Origin: Eledone cirrhosa
Lineage: Eukaryota
Direction: 5' to 3'
Length of the DNA: 64,000 nucleotides
NCBI GenBank assembly: GCA_964016885.1
Contig: OZ024750.1
Coordinates: 10,912,001-10,976,000, forward strand
The notes under the pieces were generated by a model. It was not told the origin of the DNA. It worked only from the letters and a program-made list of their open reading frames with translations, and made no database searches. Each line of letters starts with the position of its first letter. Position 1 is the first letter of the stretch. Both the position numbers and the translations under genes were made by a program. Positions 1 through 13,192 of this stretch are shown in pieces.

Positions 1-699
1 AACGGAAGGAATATGTCTCCCGTCGAAAGATATTGAAAACTTAGCAAAGTGTGCGAGTGTAGAGAGTATTGTAAAAACGGAACTATTTGGAATAAATGGA
101 AATGGAAATTAATAGTTTTCTACAACAATAAGCGAACAATAATTTAATGAAATGATAATCAGCATTATAAATAAATCAATACTTTTTATTAGAGCTATTG
201 CGAATTTAGTATTTCAGTTATTGAAAACCGATTATTCTAATTACTTTTAATTCAATATACAGCTGAACATGCCTGATGGAAGACTTCACGATGAAGTATT
301 TGTTGTAAACAAATTGTTAATCAGAAAACAAAGTTGAAATGTTAGAGTAGATGAAATGGTTCTATTTGGGACAAAGTGTCTTGAATTCCATATTATGGAT
401 AAAGGATTGTGTATAAAAAGATCCCCTCCTCACAAAATACAAGAACTGATTCTAAATAACTCATTTATTGGAATCTAGTTCAAGCAACAACAAATAGAGG
501 TTATAACCTAACGTCATTTGCTGAAATATCTTACAATTGGCGGGCGGACGATACTTTTGAGCAGGAGCGTGCAATAGCCCCCCCCCCCCCGACCAGAGTG
601 GTCAGCGATGACGGTTTATAATTGTAGGCTTATTTAGAATTTTTTCGTAACCAGACATTGAGAAATTGTGCAAAAACACCAAATACCAAGACTCACATT

Positions 700-873
700 A
701 ATTGTTTCTACTTTTGGCACAAGGACACTAATTACCCAGTGTATTACTGGTACTTTATTTTATCAACCCCGTAAGGATGAAAGGCAAAGTTAACCTCGGC
801 GGGATTTGAACTCAGAATGGCAAGGGACGTAACTCTATGCGCCAAAGCATGGCGTCCGACCTTCTACCGATAC
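700..873 (-). mobile_element. tRNA-derived SINE, main family
   Basis: Reverse complement of the family consensus (B-box gagttcaaatcc, central aactttgcctttcatccttacggggtcgataaaataaagtaccag, 3' gtgccaaaagtagaaacaatt). Confidence 0.85.
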
Positions 874-1305
874 AACTAAATTATATTTTATTTGTCTTTA
901 TTGTTTAAAAATGTATTCACAATGTATTTATGACTCAATTCACTGGTTTTCATTAGATTACATATTTTTGATAGTGACTGGCCCTAATAGTTCTTCCAAT
1001 GTTCAAAAATGGCCCTCTAATGGAATATGTTGCAATCCGTACTTTAGAGTTTTGAGTTCAACTAGTATAATAATTCGATAAAGACACGCCAAATCTGCTA
1101 AAATAAATCTAGACTTGATATGACATTTTTAGGCAGCATTTTTATTCTACAACTCGTAGAAGCCTTGGATGGTTTTACTAGCATCTGTATTTTACAAGAG
1201 ATTGTATATCAATAAACAGTATTTATATAAATGTTTAAACAAATAACTCATGTTTTACCTGAGAATCAACAAAATGAAAATAAAGACACACACGTGCCTC
1301 TTTAC

Positions 1306-1474
1306 AGAGAGAGAGCGAGAGAGAGGGAGATAGCGAGAGAGAGCGAGAGAGAGTGAAAGAGAGAGAGCGAGAGAGAGAGAGCGAAAGAGAGAGAGCGAGA
1401 GAGAGAGAGTGAAAGAGAGAGAGCGAGAGAGAGCTAGAGAGAGCGAGAGAGTGAGCGAGAGAGAGAGAGCGAGC

Positions 1475-1508
<34 letters not shown>

Positions 1509-1551
1509 GTGAGAGAGAGAGATAGATAGATAGAGAGAGAGAGAGAGATAG

Positions 1552-1585
<34 letters not shown>

Positions 1586-1835
1586 AAAGAGCGAGAGAGA
1601 GAGAGCGAGATAGAGCGAGAGAGAGAGCGAGAAAGAGCGAGAGAGTGAGAGAGCGAGAAAGAGCGAGCGAGAAAGAGCGAGCGAGAAAGTGCGAGCGAGA
1701 AAGAGCGAGAGAGTGAGAGAGCGAGAGAGAGCGAGAGAGAGAGAGAGCGAGCGAGCGAGAGAGAGAAAAAAAAGAGAGAGAGAGAGAGAGAGTGAGAGAG
1801 AGAGAGAGAGAGAGAGACTCACACAGACACACACG
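1306..1835. repeat. (GA)n/(GAGC)/(GATA) compound microsatellite
   Basis: Directly visible; source of the SL/ER-repeat ORFs. Confidence 0.95.
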
Positions 1836-2380
1836 TATATGTATATAATGGAAAGAAATATTATTCTGTAAACAACCTTTGATATTCGTTCCATAATTTG
1901 TAATTCTCAAACGTATTAGTCATTCTTTTGTAATAAATTTGACTACTTCCATCTCCTGAAACGGACTCTATTCTAAGATCTGATATCATAATTTATATCT
2001 TTTATACAGTTGAAGTCTGTTATTATTCATTTGTTTGCATGGGTTCTTATAGGGGGTATTTATCTTTCTCCATGTCTGCACACATCGGATTTCTTCTTGA
2101 GAAAGAGAAAGCGAGTGAGAACCGGATCTAGAGGAAGATTTATCCCCAGTACTAGACATAGACAGATTATCGACCTCAAATGATGAAAGGCAAAATTGAA
2201 CTCGACAGAATTTGAACTCAGACCCCAGAGAGCCGGATTACATACATCGAACCATTTCATCTATTATTTAATGGTTCGCTATCCCTAGTACTAATAGAGA
2301 CTATTCCCGAACGTGTCTCAGTTTTCTCTGTCTGATCTATTTATTATATATGTTGCATTGTGTTCTATATGCCATATATA

Positions 2381-2610
2381 ATGGTTTCTTATATAGGCAC
2401 AAGGCCAGCAATTTTTTTTTTTTTTTTGGGGGGGGGGGGGGGAGTTGATTAATCGACCTCAGTACGTGACTGGTACTTTATTTTATCGACCTCGTAGGGA
2501 TGAAAGGTAACGTTAACCTCGGCGGGATTTGAACTCAGACCATAAAGTGCCGTAACTCTTTGCTGCGAAGCATGGCGTCTGACCCTCTACCGATACTGCC
2601 AGTCCACCGG
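2381..2610 (-). mobile_element. SINE, main family (long-tail subtype), with TSD
   Basis: Family consensus; flanked by direct repeat tatatgccatatataatg. Confidence 0.85.
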
Positions 2611-3394
2611 CCTTATATGCCATATATAATGACCTCGGGTTCATTTACCGTACTTCTGACAATAATAACTCATCATGATTTTGTTAAATATGAATCTCTG
2701 TTGATATATTTTAATTGTTAATATCATCTTCTCAAATCTTTATTCAATCCACTATTACTAATTCACGTTGAATAAGAATTAAAAATAAACAATACTTGTT
2801 TATTTAAAAATCTTCCTCAACGAAATAAATTGCCTATTGGCAGTACCTGTTAATTTTATTGCGACTTCACTAAAATTCTTTATATTTTGTAAATAGAAAT
2901 TCTGAAATATTTAAGAATGTTTGAATTACTCTTTTTTATAACTGACTGAACGTTTATTTTCTCCTTTGGATCTCAACTACTCAGTATAAAGGAATACAAA
3001 TTGTAATCAAATATATACATTTAACAAAATTGTAAAATATATTATATATGTTCTTCGAAACGAAATCTGAAATCTAATTGCTTGAAGATATAAGTTATTC
3101 TTCCACAATATCTATAATACAGACACAACCAAAGTACTTCAATAGAATCTATTTTCTCCAGACATTTATAAGTATTACTTGGGAAACTATGAAAAAACTA
3201 TTGAAACGAAAATTTTGATATTCACGTTTTATGTTATAGTCCTCACATTTATTTGAAGTTAGAACGTAAACGAATAAGAATAATAAATATTTTCTATGAA
3301 GATTTTGCTATCTCGAAGATGTTGCAGTTGATGTTGTTGTTTTTTTTCTTCATCTCTCCTCCCCTCCCCTCCCTCTCCTCCTCCTCCTCCTTCA

Positions 3395-3590
3395 TCCACT
3401 TATTCCTAAGAAGGTCGTGTGTGTGAAAGGTCGGGCAGACAGACACTCCTTCCAGCGGGTCCTGTCAGAAGCAACTGCCTCCAACTGATCCGGCTGGATC
3501 CCCAAATGAGACGAGCCAATCTCATGGATGTTATCCAACTATCTTGCTCGGGGTCTACCCAGGGTCTCCTGCCGGTTGGTTTTGCCCGTA
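3395..3590 (-). mobile_element. RTE-clade LINE 3' end fragment
   Basis: Minus-strand translation includes AKPTGRR...GIQPDQLEAVASDRTRWKECL, like RTE ORF C-termini; homologous to 6541-6671; followed by a GAA/GGA tail. Confidence 0.65.
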
Positions 3591-3614
3591 AAAATTTTGA
3601 TTTCGTGATTTCTA

Positions 3615-3830
3615 CAGGGTGGGCCAGAATTCATGACTTGCTTGTTAGTTATATTTCATAACATGCTTATTCTATTGTTATTAATTAAATGCGTACATTT
3701 GTGTGATTACCGTATCTTGTTCATGATGTTATGCCTGTATATGGTATTATATTCCTTAACTTGTTTTATAACATTTTATGATAACAAATCTATAAATAAT
3801 CAAATGAGTCATGAATTCTGGCCCACCCTG
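3615..3830. mobile_element. Tc1/mariner-type MITE
   Basis: Perfect 24-bp TIR cagggtgggccagaattcatgact / agtcatgaattctggcccaccctg with TA on both sides. Confidence 0.85.
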
Positions 3831-4156
3831 TAGATCAAATAACTTTTGTGTTTTCTGCTCTACAGTAGCAACCATTTTCTTCACAGTATCGATTTCCTGA
3901 AATAGATTCCAACAAGTCATGAATGGTTATATTAGCGACGATGGTCGTGATTGATAGTCACGGTTTATCAACTTTCCATATTTTATAGAATTGTAACCGC
4001 CAATTCTTAGAATTTATTTATTTATTATATTCTATGTTAAACGTCTATATGATAATTATTTTTTTTTTTTTCGTTCTAAAATGACTTTCAGATATTCAAA
4101 GCGGTATGTTATGTAAGAAATTATAGAAGCACATACACACACACAGAGACAGACAT

Positions 4157-4191
<35 letters not shown>

Positions 4192-4344
4192 GAGAGGTAT
4201 ACACACACAGATATACACAGACATACAATTACACAGACATATACAGACACAAATGCACACATGCACTGACACAGACACACGCAAACACTTACACGCATAC
4301 GCACGTCTGTCTTTCTGTCTGTCTCTCTCTCGCTTTCTCTTTAT

Positions 4345-4770
4345 CTTCTTGTGATGCTAAACTCCACCAGTTGCAGAGTGCGCATTAACATGTGATATCT
4401 CTCTCCACAAAGTTCGATCACCAGCAGCAGCAAAGAGCAAAGATCAAGTCCAGTCCATAAGTTGACATTATCAAGCCATTGTTTTGGCTGCCGGCCTCTG
4501 TTTCTCTTACCAGCCAACCTTCCTTCCAGGCATAATCTACTCTCACCACGAGTTGATCTCTATATTACACCGTATAATTTGAGTACTCTCTTGACTTGAC
4601 AGTTGATGTAATTGTCTAAGTCTAGTAATGTTGAGCAGCTCACTAATACAGATACAATCGCTGAGCCGCTTGCCAGTCATAAGTCTCATGATGTGGTTCT
4701 GGAATGTAGAGAGCTTCTGAAGTGACCTTGTCGTCCAATTAACACAGTCAAGACCATATAACACAATATA
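4345..4770 (-). mobile_element. RTE-like LINE ORF C-terminal fragment (frameshifted)
   Basis: LYGLDCVNWTTRSLQKLSTFQNHIMRLMTGKRLSD then LEGRLAGKRNRGRQPKQWLDNV, typical post-RT RTE motifs. Confidence 0.7.
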
Positions 4771-4940
4771 TGTATAACCAGGAATTTTAAGTTTAGGGAG
4801 TAGTAAAGTACATATTGTATACTATCGTCAAAAAACTTGTGGGATCGAGATTTCTGGTTAGTAGCGCCAAGGAAACTATCGAAACTCTATTTGTTAGTTA
4901 GCCGGTGAAATTATCAACTCCCCTTAATTGGATATAAAAT

Positions 4941-5130
4941 AATTGTTTCTACTTTTGGCACAAGGCCAGAAATTACCCAGTACATTACTGGTACTTTATT
5001 TTATCGACCCCGTAAGGATGAAAGGCAAAGTTAACCTCGGTGGGATTTGAACTCAGAATGGCAAGGGCCGTAACTCTATGCTGGAAAGAATGGCGTCAGA
5101 CCCTCTACCGATACTGCCAATTCACCGCCC
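4941..5130 (-). mobile_element. SINE, main family
   Basis: Family consensus. Confidence 0.85.
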
Positions 5131-5132
5131 TT

Positions 5133-5389
5133 TGTTGTTGTTGTTGTTACAGCTCACACCTATGTAGGTTTAGCTGGCCTCCTCCAAGGTATATCTCGTT
5201 GGAGGTGTCTTGGATCATTTAATGATAGGGACCCCAGTCCTATCATCTCATTTCTACAGCTGAGTAAACTGGAGCAACGTGAAATAAAGTGTCTTGCTCA
5301 AGGAAACAACACATCACCCGGTCCGAGAATTGAACTCACAACTTTTCGATTGCTAGCCCAATGCTCTAACCACTAAGCCATGCGCCTTC
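5133..5389 (-). mobile_element. Second tRNA-derived SINE family (CORE/V-like centre) with (CAA)n tail
   Basis: Minus strand: ggcgcatggcttagtggttagagc (A-box), gtgagttcaattc (B-box), ccttgagcaagacacttt centre; flanked by direct repeat accgccctttg. Confidence 0.75.
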
Positions 5390-5410
5390 ACCGCCCTTTG
5401 GATATAAAAT

Positions 5411-5586
5411 AATTGTTTCTACTTTTGGCACAAGGCCAGCAATTATCCCAGTGTATTACTGGTACTTTATTTTATCGACCTCGTAAGGATGAAAGGTAAA
5501 GTTAACCTCGGCGGGAATTGAACTCAGACCGTAAAGGGCCGTAACTCTTTGCTGAAAAGCATGGCGTCCGACCCTCTACCGATACT
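5411..5586 (-). mobile_element. SINE, main family
   Basis: Family consensus; flanked by tggatataaaataat. Confidence 0.85.
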
Positions 5587-5780
5587 TGGATATAAAATAA
5601 TGAGCAATCAAATCACTTTGTAGACGAGCTTGTAGTGAGATATGAAATATGTGTTCGAGAAAGTAATGGAACATCACCCATGAAAAATGTGGTCAAAGTT
5701 TATCGTATGAAAATCGCTACGTATTCAGTTTTGACAGTATTTCATTATTATCCGTGAATGCCTGTCATTATTTTTCTTTT

Positions 5781-6180
5781 GGGCGGTGGTTTGGCAGTAT
5801 CGGTAGAGCGTCAGACACCATGCTTCGCAGGATAGAGTTACCACCTTTTACGGTCTGAGTTCAAATCCTGCCGAGATTAACTTTGCCTTCCATCCTTACG
5901 GGGTCGATATAATAAAGTACCAGTCACGCACTGGGGTCGATTTAATCGACTTTCCCCTCCACCGAAAATGCTGGCCTAGTGCCTATATAAGAAACCATTA
6001 TTTTTCTTTTGGACCTTGGTTTGGCAGTATCGGTAGAGCGTCAGACACCATGCTTTGCAGCGTTCTGAGTTCAAATCCCACCGAGGTTAACTTTGCCTTT
6101 CATCCTTACGGGTTCGATAAAATAATGTACCAGTAATGCACTGGGTATTTGCTGGGCTTGTGCCAAAAGTAGAAACAATT
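5781..6180 (+). mobile_element. Two tandem SINEs (5781-5999 long-tail subtype, 6019-6180 short subtype)
   Basis: Family consensus twice; attatttttcttttg occurs before, between and after. Confidence 0.85.
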
Positions 6181-6319
6181 ATTTTTCTTTTGACATTTAA
6201 TCAAGATAGAAGTTCCAGAAAGTAGAAAGGTCCATTCCGACAACAACTATGACAACTATATAAAAGTAGGTGACTACACAATATATAGGACTATTCAACA
6301 GAATTCGTAATATAATCGG

Positions 6320-6460
6320 CTTGTCTCCCCACAGCCTCGGCGGACAGAATGGAGAAGGAGTTTCCCCGGAAGACGGCAAGGGAGACGCACTGGAAAAGCC
6401 ATTCCAACTCGCGAGGCTCACACCTGCGGCTGGCCAGCATCGTCGCCTATGGTGGTGAGG
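6320..6460 (-). mobile_element. CRE-clade non-LTR retrotransposon 3' fragment
   Basis: Homologous to 9960-10145 and 40100-40358 (EWLFQCVSLAVFRGNSFSILSA). Confidence 0.7.
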
Positions 6461-6540
6461 TTGAAGATGTAAACTGATCCGAGAAATATCTAATAAATGA
6501 AGCACTGATTTATTTTTAAGACAAAAAGTTTGGTTTGATT

Positions 6541-6671
6541 ACATCCGTGACCTTGGATGATCTCGCTTTGGGATCCAGTCGGACCAGTTGGAGGCGGTTG
6601 CTTTTCATAGGACCTGCTGGAAGGAGTGTTTAAGGCTCTGACCCCGACGACTCTCTCAGGAATAAGTGGGC
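6541..6671 (+). mobile_element. RTE-clade LINE 3' end
   Basis: Homologous to 3395-3590 (tttgggatccag.cgga.cagttggaggc.gttgct...ggaataagtgg); directly followed by (GAA)n. Confidence 0.65.
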
Positions 6672-7068
6672 GAAGAAGAAGAAGAAGAAGAAGAAGAAGA
6701 AGAAGAAGAAGAAGAAGAAGAAGAAGAAGAAGAAGACGAAGGCAAAGAAAACGAAGAAGGCAAAGAAGTAGGCAAATATGAAGAAGAAGAAGAAGAAGAA
6801 GAAGAAGAAGAAGGCAAAGAAAACGAAGAAGGCAAAGAAGAAGAAGAAGACAAAGAAAACGAAGGCAAAGAAGTAGGTAAATATGAAGAAGGCAAAGAAG
6901 AAGAAGAAGAAGAAGAAGAAGAAGAAGAAGAAGAAGAAGAAGGCAAATAAGAAGAAGGCAAAGAAGTAGGTAAATATGAAGAAGGCAAAGAAGAAGGAGA
7001 AGAAGAAGAAGAAGAAGAAGAAGAAGAAGAAGAAGAAGAAGAAGAAGAAAAAGGCAAAGAAGAAGAAG
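6672..7068 (+). repeat. Expanded (GAA)n tail with higher-order ggcaaa/aaacgaa/gtagg.aaatat variants
   Basis: Directly visible; source of the poly-E/F/S ORFs. Confidence 0.9.
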
Positions 7069-7768
7069 TAGTAGTTCTGTATTTTACAGGATAACAAAAA
7101 ATAAAAAAAATGAGTGAATGTCATATTCCCTTATTCCTCTAGATTGTAGGAGTCAATGAGTTAAAGGCCACTTTCAATCAAGCCCCCCCCCCCCCCCAAT
7201 ACCACATCAAAAACGGTTCAATATGTTCTCATACTGTATTTGTTTTTTAAATTAGAATATTAAGATCTTTAAAGAAATCTTTATTAACGAAGCAATTATT
7301 TTTCGTTCCACAGTAAACTAAATATCTATAAAAATTCATTTATTTCAAATTATTGTTTATTGAAAACTTCAGCAGATAACTGTCATCACCAGTTTTCTAA
7401 ACACTTCAGACCACTTCAAGATATTTTTAGTGTCTTTCGTCGTTTATAAATTACGAAACAGATTTCCATGCAGCAGCTGTTGTTGCGACAAGTCTAATTA
7501 AAATTCTTTCACAATAGATAAAACACTGAGTAAGAAAGAATATTTTTTTTGTCTTTTCTAAAACATGATTTCCAATCTATCTAACGTATTGGCCAGCGAA
7601 ACTGGCTAAACTATGCCGCCTTCATGCATAAATAATAGACAACATTTTAATCTCTCAATAATCTCACCCACAAAGATCACTTCATATATGTCCAGGAAAA
7701 TTAATTTAAACAATTCATTGAATTCTACAATAAAGAAATAAAACATCGTTTTCTTATTGCACATATTC

Positions 7769-7992
7769 AGGGCGGTGGACTGACTGGCAGTATTGGTAGA
7801 GAGTCGGACACCATGCTTTGCAGCATAGAGTTACGGCCCTTTACGGTCTGAGTTCAAATCCCGCCGAGGTTAACTTTGCCTTTCATCTTTACGGGGTCGA
7901 TAAAATAAAGTACCAGTCACGTACTGGGATCGATTTAATTGACTTTCGCCTCCCCCAAAATTATTGGCCTTGTGCCTATACTAGAAATCATT
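7769..7992 (+). mobile_element. SINE, main family (long-tail subtype)
   Basis: Family consensus; degenerate TSD ttattgcacatattc / ttgttgcacgtgttc. Confidence 0.85.
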
Positions 7993-9019
7993 GTTGCACG
8001 TGTTCTTTAAATATGTTTTAAAATATTAAATAAGAGGCAAGGAAAGACACCGAAATCTAGCGAAGTCACTTTTTTCCACGAAACACTGAGTTATAAATAT
8101 TGAGTTGTGCTGAAACAGATAAAATGAATATTTACAGAAACCCGTCGAAAAATATGAAGCATATATCTAAAACATAACATATATGAGTGCCATCTAAAAT
8201 AGAATCTCATATGTTTTCTTACATCTAACATCGGGTTCGATTCTTCATAGTGGCCAAATGGCAACTTCTTTTTCCGTCGTGAAGGGTTTTCTCCTCTATT
8301 TTATAAACTATTTTATAGCATCTTCGCCAATGAGCACAGCACTCTTTATATTAACTTTATCACATTTCATAAATATATTCTGAATACAATCTTTATAAAA
8401 TGCTGTAGCTCTCACTTAAGGAAATATTGATTTATCCGATAAGCTTTAGATAACTGCATATTTCCTAGAAAAGTATATATAGTAAAAGGAAGAATAATAA
8501 AATGACGAACATTTGTATCAAGTTCTCAATATTTTATGAATATTTTTAACAGCCAATTCTTACATTTTCGCTTGTTATGCTTTGTCACAGACATTTATAG
8601 TTTCCTGGGAAAAAGAAAGTATAACACACTGTATATTGTAACTATTCCAAACATCTGATATATTACACACACAATCATCTCAAACAGGAAAAAAATATAT
8701 TCAAAAATTCACTGTACTTAAACAATAGTAAATGACTCGATCTTACATACAATATAATTATTGACTGGCGATATTTAGTTATCATGTGATGATAAAAGAA
8801 ATTTAACGATAGAATCTCAACAAACTGAACCTAAGTAAACGCGTATTGAAGTGAGGATGTCTTGATATCAAATAAGACAATACATCGAAGGAGATAGGTT
8901 TTCAAGTAATTAGTCTATGGAATTTAAGAAGGCTAAATTATAGAGAGGAGAATAGACATATAACATATTTAATAAATAACTAATAACATACAGATTCAAA
9001 CATGTAATGGTATCCATAT

Positions 9020-9076
<57 letters not shown>

Positions 9077-9151
9077 CTGACAGATACATAATTACATATG
9101 TAATGTTTAAATTTCAAGGAAAGTGACTTGTTTCTGGGTCCTAACTCTTTT

Positions 9152-9212
<61 letters not shown>

Positions 9213-9959
9213 CTGTGTGTGTGTGTGTGTGCGCGTGTGCTTGTTTGTGTGTGTGTGTGTACAATGAAAGAGCCTTGTGTCTATGTTGGAAAACGACTCT
9301 CTATTAGTAAACATCTATAAAATTATAAAACCGGAAGAACATACATACATGCATACATACATACATACATATATACATAGATACATACATATATACATAC
9401 ATGCATACATATATACATACATGCATACATACATATATACATACATCGATGTATGAGCTCTTAACATTTTTACTAGGGTCACTAATGGTTTTGTTGCTAA
9501 GACTACATAAAAATACACGTAGAAATACCCACATGTAATTACACATACAAACACGAAGATTCATATACACAATTTAATATAATGTCTGTTACTATGCTGA
9601 CTGATTTTACTGTTTTCTTTCTGTCATCATCGGAAGAATTCATTACTAGGCTGAAACCTCACAGGATAGAGGAGAAAAGAAACCTTCAACTGACGCCATG
9701 TTTTAAATATGAAAACGGAAAAATATATTTTGTTTAAGAGATATTTCTGTTCGACAGGTGTTTCCGTTCAAATAAAAACAATATTGAGATAAAAAAAATC
9801 AAACAAAACAAAACACAAATAAATATTCACAACTACTACAACAACAATAATAGCTTCAACAAGGTTACCAGAAAAAACAAAAACAAAACCCCTTCTCTAT
9901 CTGACCACCGGGACTGTGGGGCGGCCAGCGCATGGGCCCCCATATGTTTATAATAATGA

Positions 9960-10145
9960 GAGATGTGGGTAACGAGAGAAATGGAGGCAGTGATAATAGG
10001 AATCTCCCTAATCACCACCATAGGCGCTGAGTTGGCCAGCCGCAGGTGGGAGCCTCGCGTGCTGGAATGGCTTTTCCAGTGCGTCGCCCTTGCCGTCCTC
10101 CGTGGAAACGCCTTCTCCATTCTGTCCGCCGGGGCTGTGGGGAGG
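9960..10145 (+). mobile_element. CRE-clade retrotransposon 3' fragment
   Basis: Plus-strand ORF 9963-10157 reads TTIGAELASRRWEPRVLEWLFQCVALAVLRGNAFSILSAG, the C-terminus of the CRE-type restriction-like endonuclease region. Confidence 0.75.
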
Positions 10146-10779
10146 CCACCAATATGATTGACTGACTTGTCATTTTATCAGTCAGATGTTTTTAGACATC
10201 ACCCAGTTCAATCTTCAACTTTACAATGAACTAGCCATAGTTAGTGTAAGGATCTTTCGGTTATGAATGACTTCAGACCTAATATATATGTATGTATATT
10301 TATTTACGACACCACATATACTTTGGAATTAAACAAAACAATTCAATGTTTTAATTCATTGGAATTGCGTGAATTTAAAAGTTGTCTATAATTTTATTTT
10401 GACAGAAAATACTGGGAGTTTTTTTGGTTAGCTTTTCAGTGTAAATATTAAGCTTTTAAATACTTATAACATTGGGAAAACCTGACTATATTTGAAAGTA
10501 GCCTAGCTTAGGTTTCAGAATTAGCTGTTTGGTTTGAAGATTATCAGAACGTGAGAAAATAAAAATAAATCCTTCTGAGCAATTTTAATCACTGACAATT
10601 TCTTTTAGATTTATTGACAAGAAGCCACTAATTCTTCAGTATTTAAAAGAAATAATCTCTGTATTTCTCGTCTTGTTTTTTGTTTTTTCGGCATGTCCTG
10701 CATTACTACTACTACTACTACTACTGTTACTACTATTACTACGACAGAAAAGGAAAACCTTTAATTCTTTCTTGTAATT

Positions 10780-11355
10780 AATGGCGTCTGATTTAAGCAC
10801 ATGTCCAGCAATTTTGGGCGAGGGGAAAGTCGATTAAAATCGACCCCAGTGCGTGACTGGTATTTTATTTTATCCACCCCGTAAGGATGAAAGGCAAAGT
10901 TAACCTCGGCAGGATTTGAACTCAGATTTGAAAGGGCCGTAATTCTATGCTGGAAAGCATAGCATCCGACCCTCTACCGATACTGCCAATCTACTGCCCT
11001 GAATATGTGCAATAATAAAACGATGTTTTATTTCTTTATTGTAGAAACCAATGAATTGGTTAAATTAATTTCCTGGACATATAGGAAGCGATCTTTGTGG
11101 ATGACATTGGCGTCCGGCCCTCTACCGATACTGCCAAACCCTAGCTCTTTTCTTTCTTTCTTTATTTATTTCTTGTAATTAATGGTGGCTGATTTAAGCA
11201 CATGCCCAGCATTTTGAGGAGAGGGGAACGTCAATTAAATCGACCCAAGTGCGTTACTTTTATTGAACCTCCATATGGATGGAAGGCAAACTAAAGTCAG
11301 CGGGATTTGAACTGTATGCCGTAAAACATGTCATCCGCGCTGCCAATCCACCGAC
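10780..11355 (-). mobile_element. SINE cluster (10780-11000, head fragment 11108-11140, older copy 11180-11355)
   Basis: Family consensus; tcttgtaattaat-like sequence at the boundaries. Confidence 0.8.
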
Positions 11356-11989
11356 TTCCTTTTTTCTCGTAATTAATAAGACATATTATTAAATTCAAAC
11401 CAACAATTACATAACTGTTACCTTTGGTTTATATTTCACAATATTACAGTTTGTCAGAAATATAAGACAGTAACTGGGTTTTATGTAGGCTTCTTCCTGT
11501 AAAGTATCCATTTCTTTTACGTATCTAAACATATTTATCTGCATATGTTGATAGACAGATATATACCGTAGTCATTCAACATACAGATCTATTAAAGACA
11601 TTAATACATAGAATAATGAGAACTCAACGCAAGAATAGCTGTTAAAACAGCAAAACGCCATCAATGAACGCGTCGGGTACAAATTACCTCAAAGGGGAGA
11701 AATCGGTGGCTAGAAGTGTGTTGGCCCGTATAAGTGATAGGAACAAAGGAGAAAAGGAAGAATATGGATGAGATAAGATCACACACAAACATATTTTAAC
11801 TTTTCTACCTAATTTGTTCGTTTTATCACGCATACATCATACCAACAGAAATATTTATTTTTCTGTTGTACGAGCTGAACCTTTTATGTAGTACTCTTTA
11901 GTTAAATTGTTCAAAACAACAGTCGGTCTGGGAGCTGAAGAGGTTAAAAGTTATTTGTGTGAACTTGTCTCGTCCATTTTCTTCAGTTG

Positions 11990-12082
<93 letters not shown>

Positions 12083-12172
12083 AGAAGGAGAATGAGATAG
12101 TTTGTATTGTAAAGAGTGTTCCTGCCTGACGGTTGAGCTCAATGTGGACTCATCCTTCGGGTACTAACTATT

Positions 12173-12276
<104 letters not shown>

Positions 12277-12629
12277 ATAACTATATATTCATATACTGAT
12301 ATCACACACAAGCATATATTTGTATAAATATATTTCATACATTCATTCTGCTGATAATTATGATAAACGGTCAACGAATTGTGTTTATATCGATTGGATG
12401 TCACTGGAAATGGTGAAATGGTCATCATATATGTAATAGATATTGACCTGTATGTGAACATGAAAATGAGATAATATTGATACAACGAATATAGAGAAAC
12501 TTACTAAAACCACTATTGATACATTAGAATCTCGATTTACATAATGTCATCTTCAAAGGATATTATTGTAAATAAAGCCGTGACAAATCCATAAAGATAT
12601 TGTTTCCATCGGTTATGACTAATGGAGCT

Positions 12630-12736
12630 ACATATATATCTATCTATCTATATATCTATCTATATATCTATCTATATATCTATCTATGTATCTATTCATC
12701 TCTCTCTCTCTCCCTCTCTCTCTATGTATCTATTCA

Positions 12737-12777
<41 letters not shown>

Positions 12778-12853
12778 TCATCTCTCTCTCTCGCTATTAA
12801 TCTTTCTCTCTCTATTCATCTCTCTCTCTCTCCCTCTCTCTCTATGTATCTAT

Positions 12854-12905
<52 letters not shown>

Positions 12906-13101
12906 ATGTATCTATTCATCTCTCTCTCTCTCCCTATATATATATTCATCTCTCTCTCTCTCTATTCATCTCTCTCTCTCCCTCTCTCTCTATGTATCTA
13001 TTCATCTCTCTCTCTCTCTCTATGTATCTATTCATCTCTCTCTCTCTCTCTCTCTCTCTCTATGTATCTATTCATCTCTCTCTCTATCTATATATATATA
13101 T

Positions 13102-13163
<62 letters not shown>

Positions 13164-13192
13164 ATATATATATATATACACACACACACACA
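12630..13192. repeat. Compound (TC)n/(TA)n minisatellite with recurring tatgtatctattcatc unit
   Basis: Directly visible. Confidence 0.9.

Noticed and set aside
150-1050. Possible old hAT element spanning the first kb
   Set aside because: Only a weak terminus-like segment near 1010-1048; no matching TIR, TSD or transposase motif found
5781-5880. tRNA genes at SINE heads
   Set aside because: A/B boxes are present but run into the SINE body and do not form a full cloverleaf
9640-9705. aaaacATGGCG start on the minus strand
   Set aside because: ORF ends after 17 codons with no convincing donor or homology
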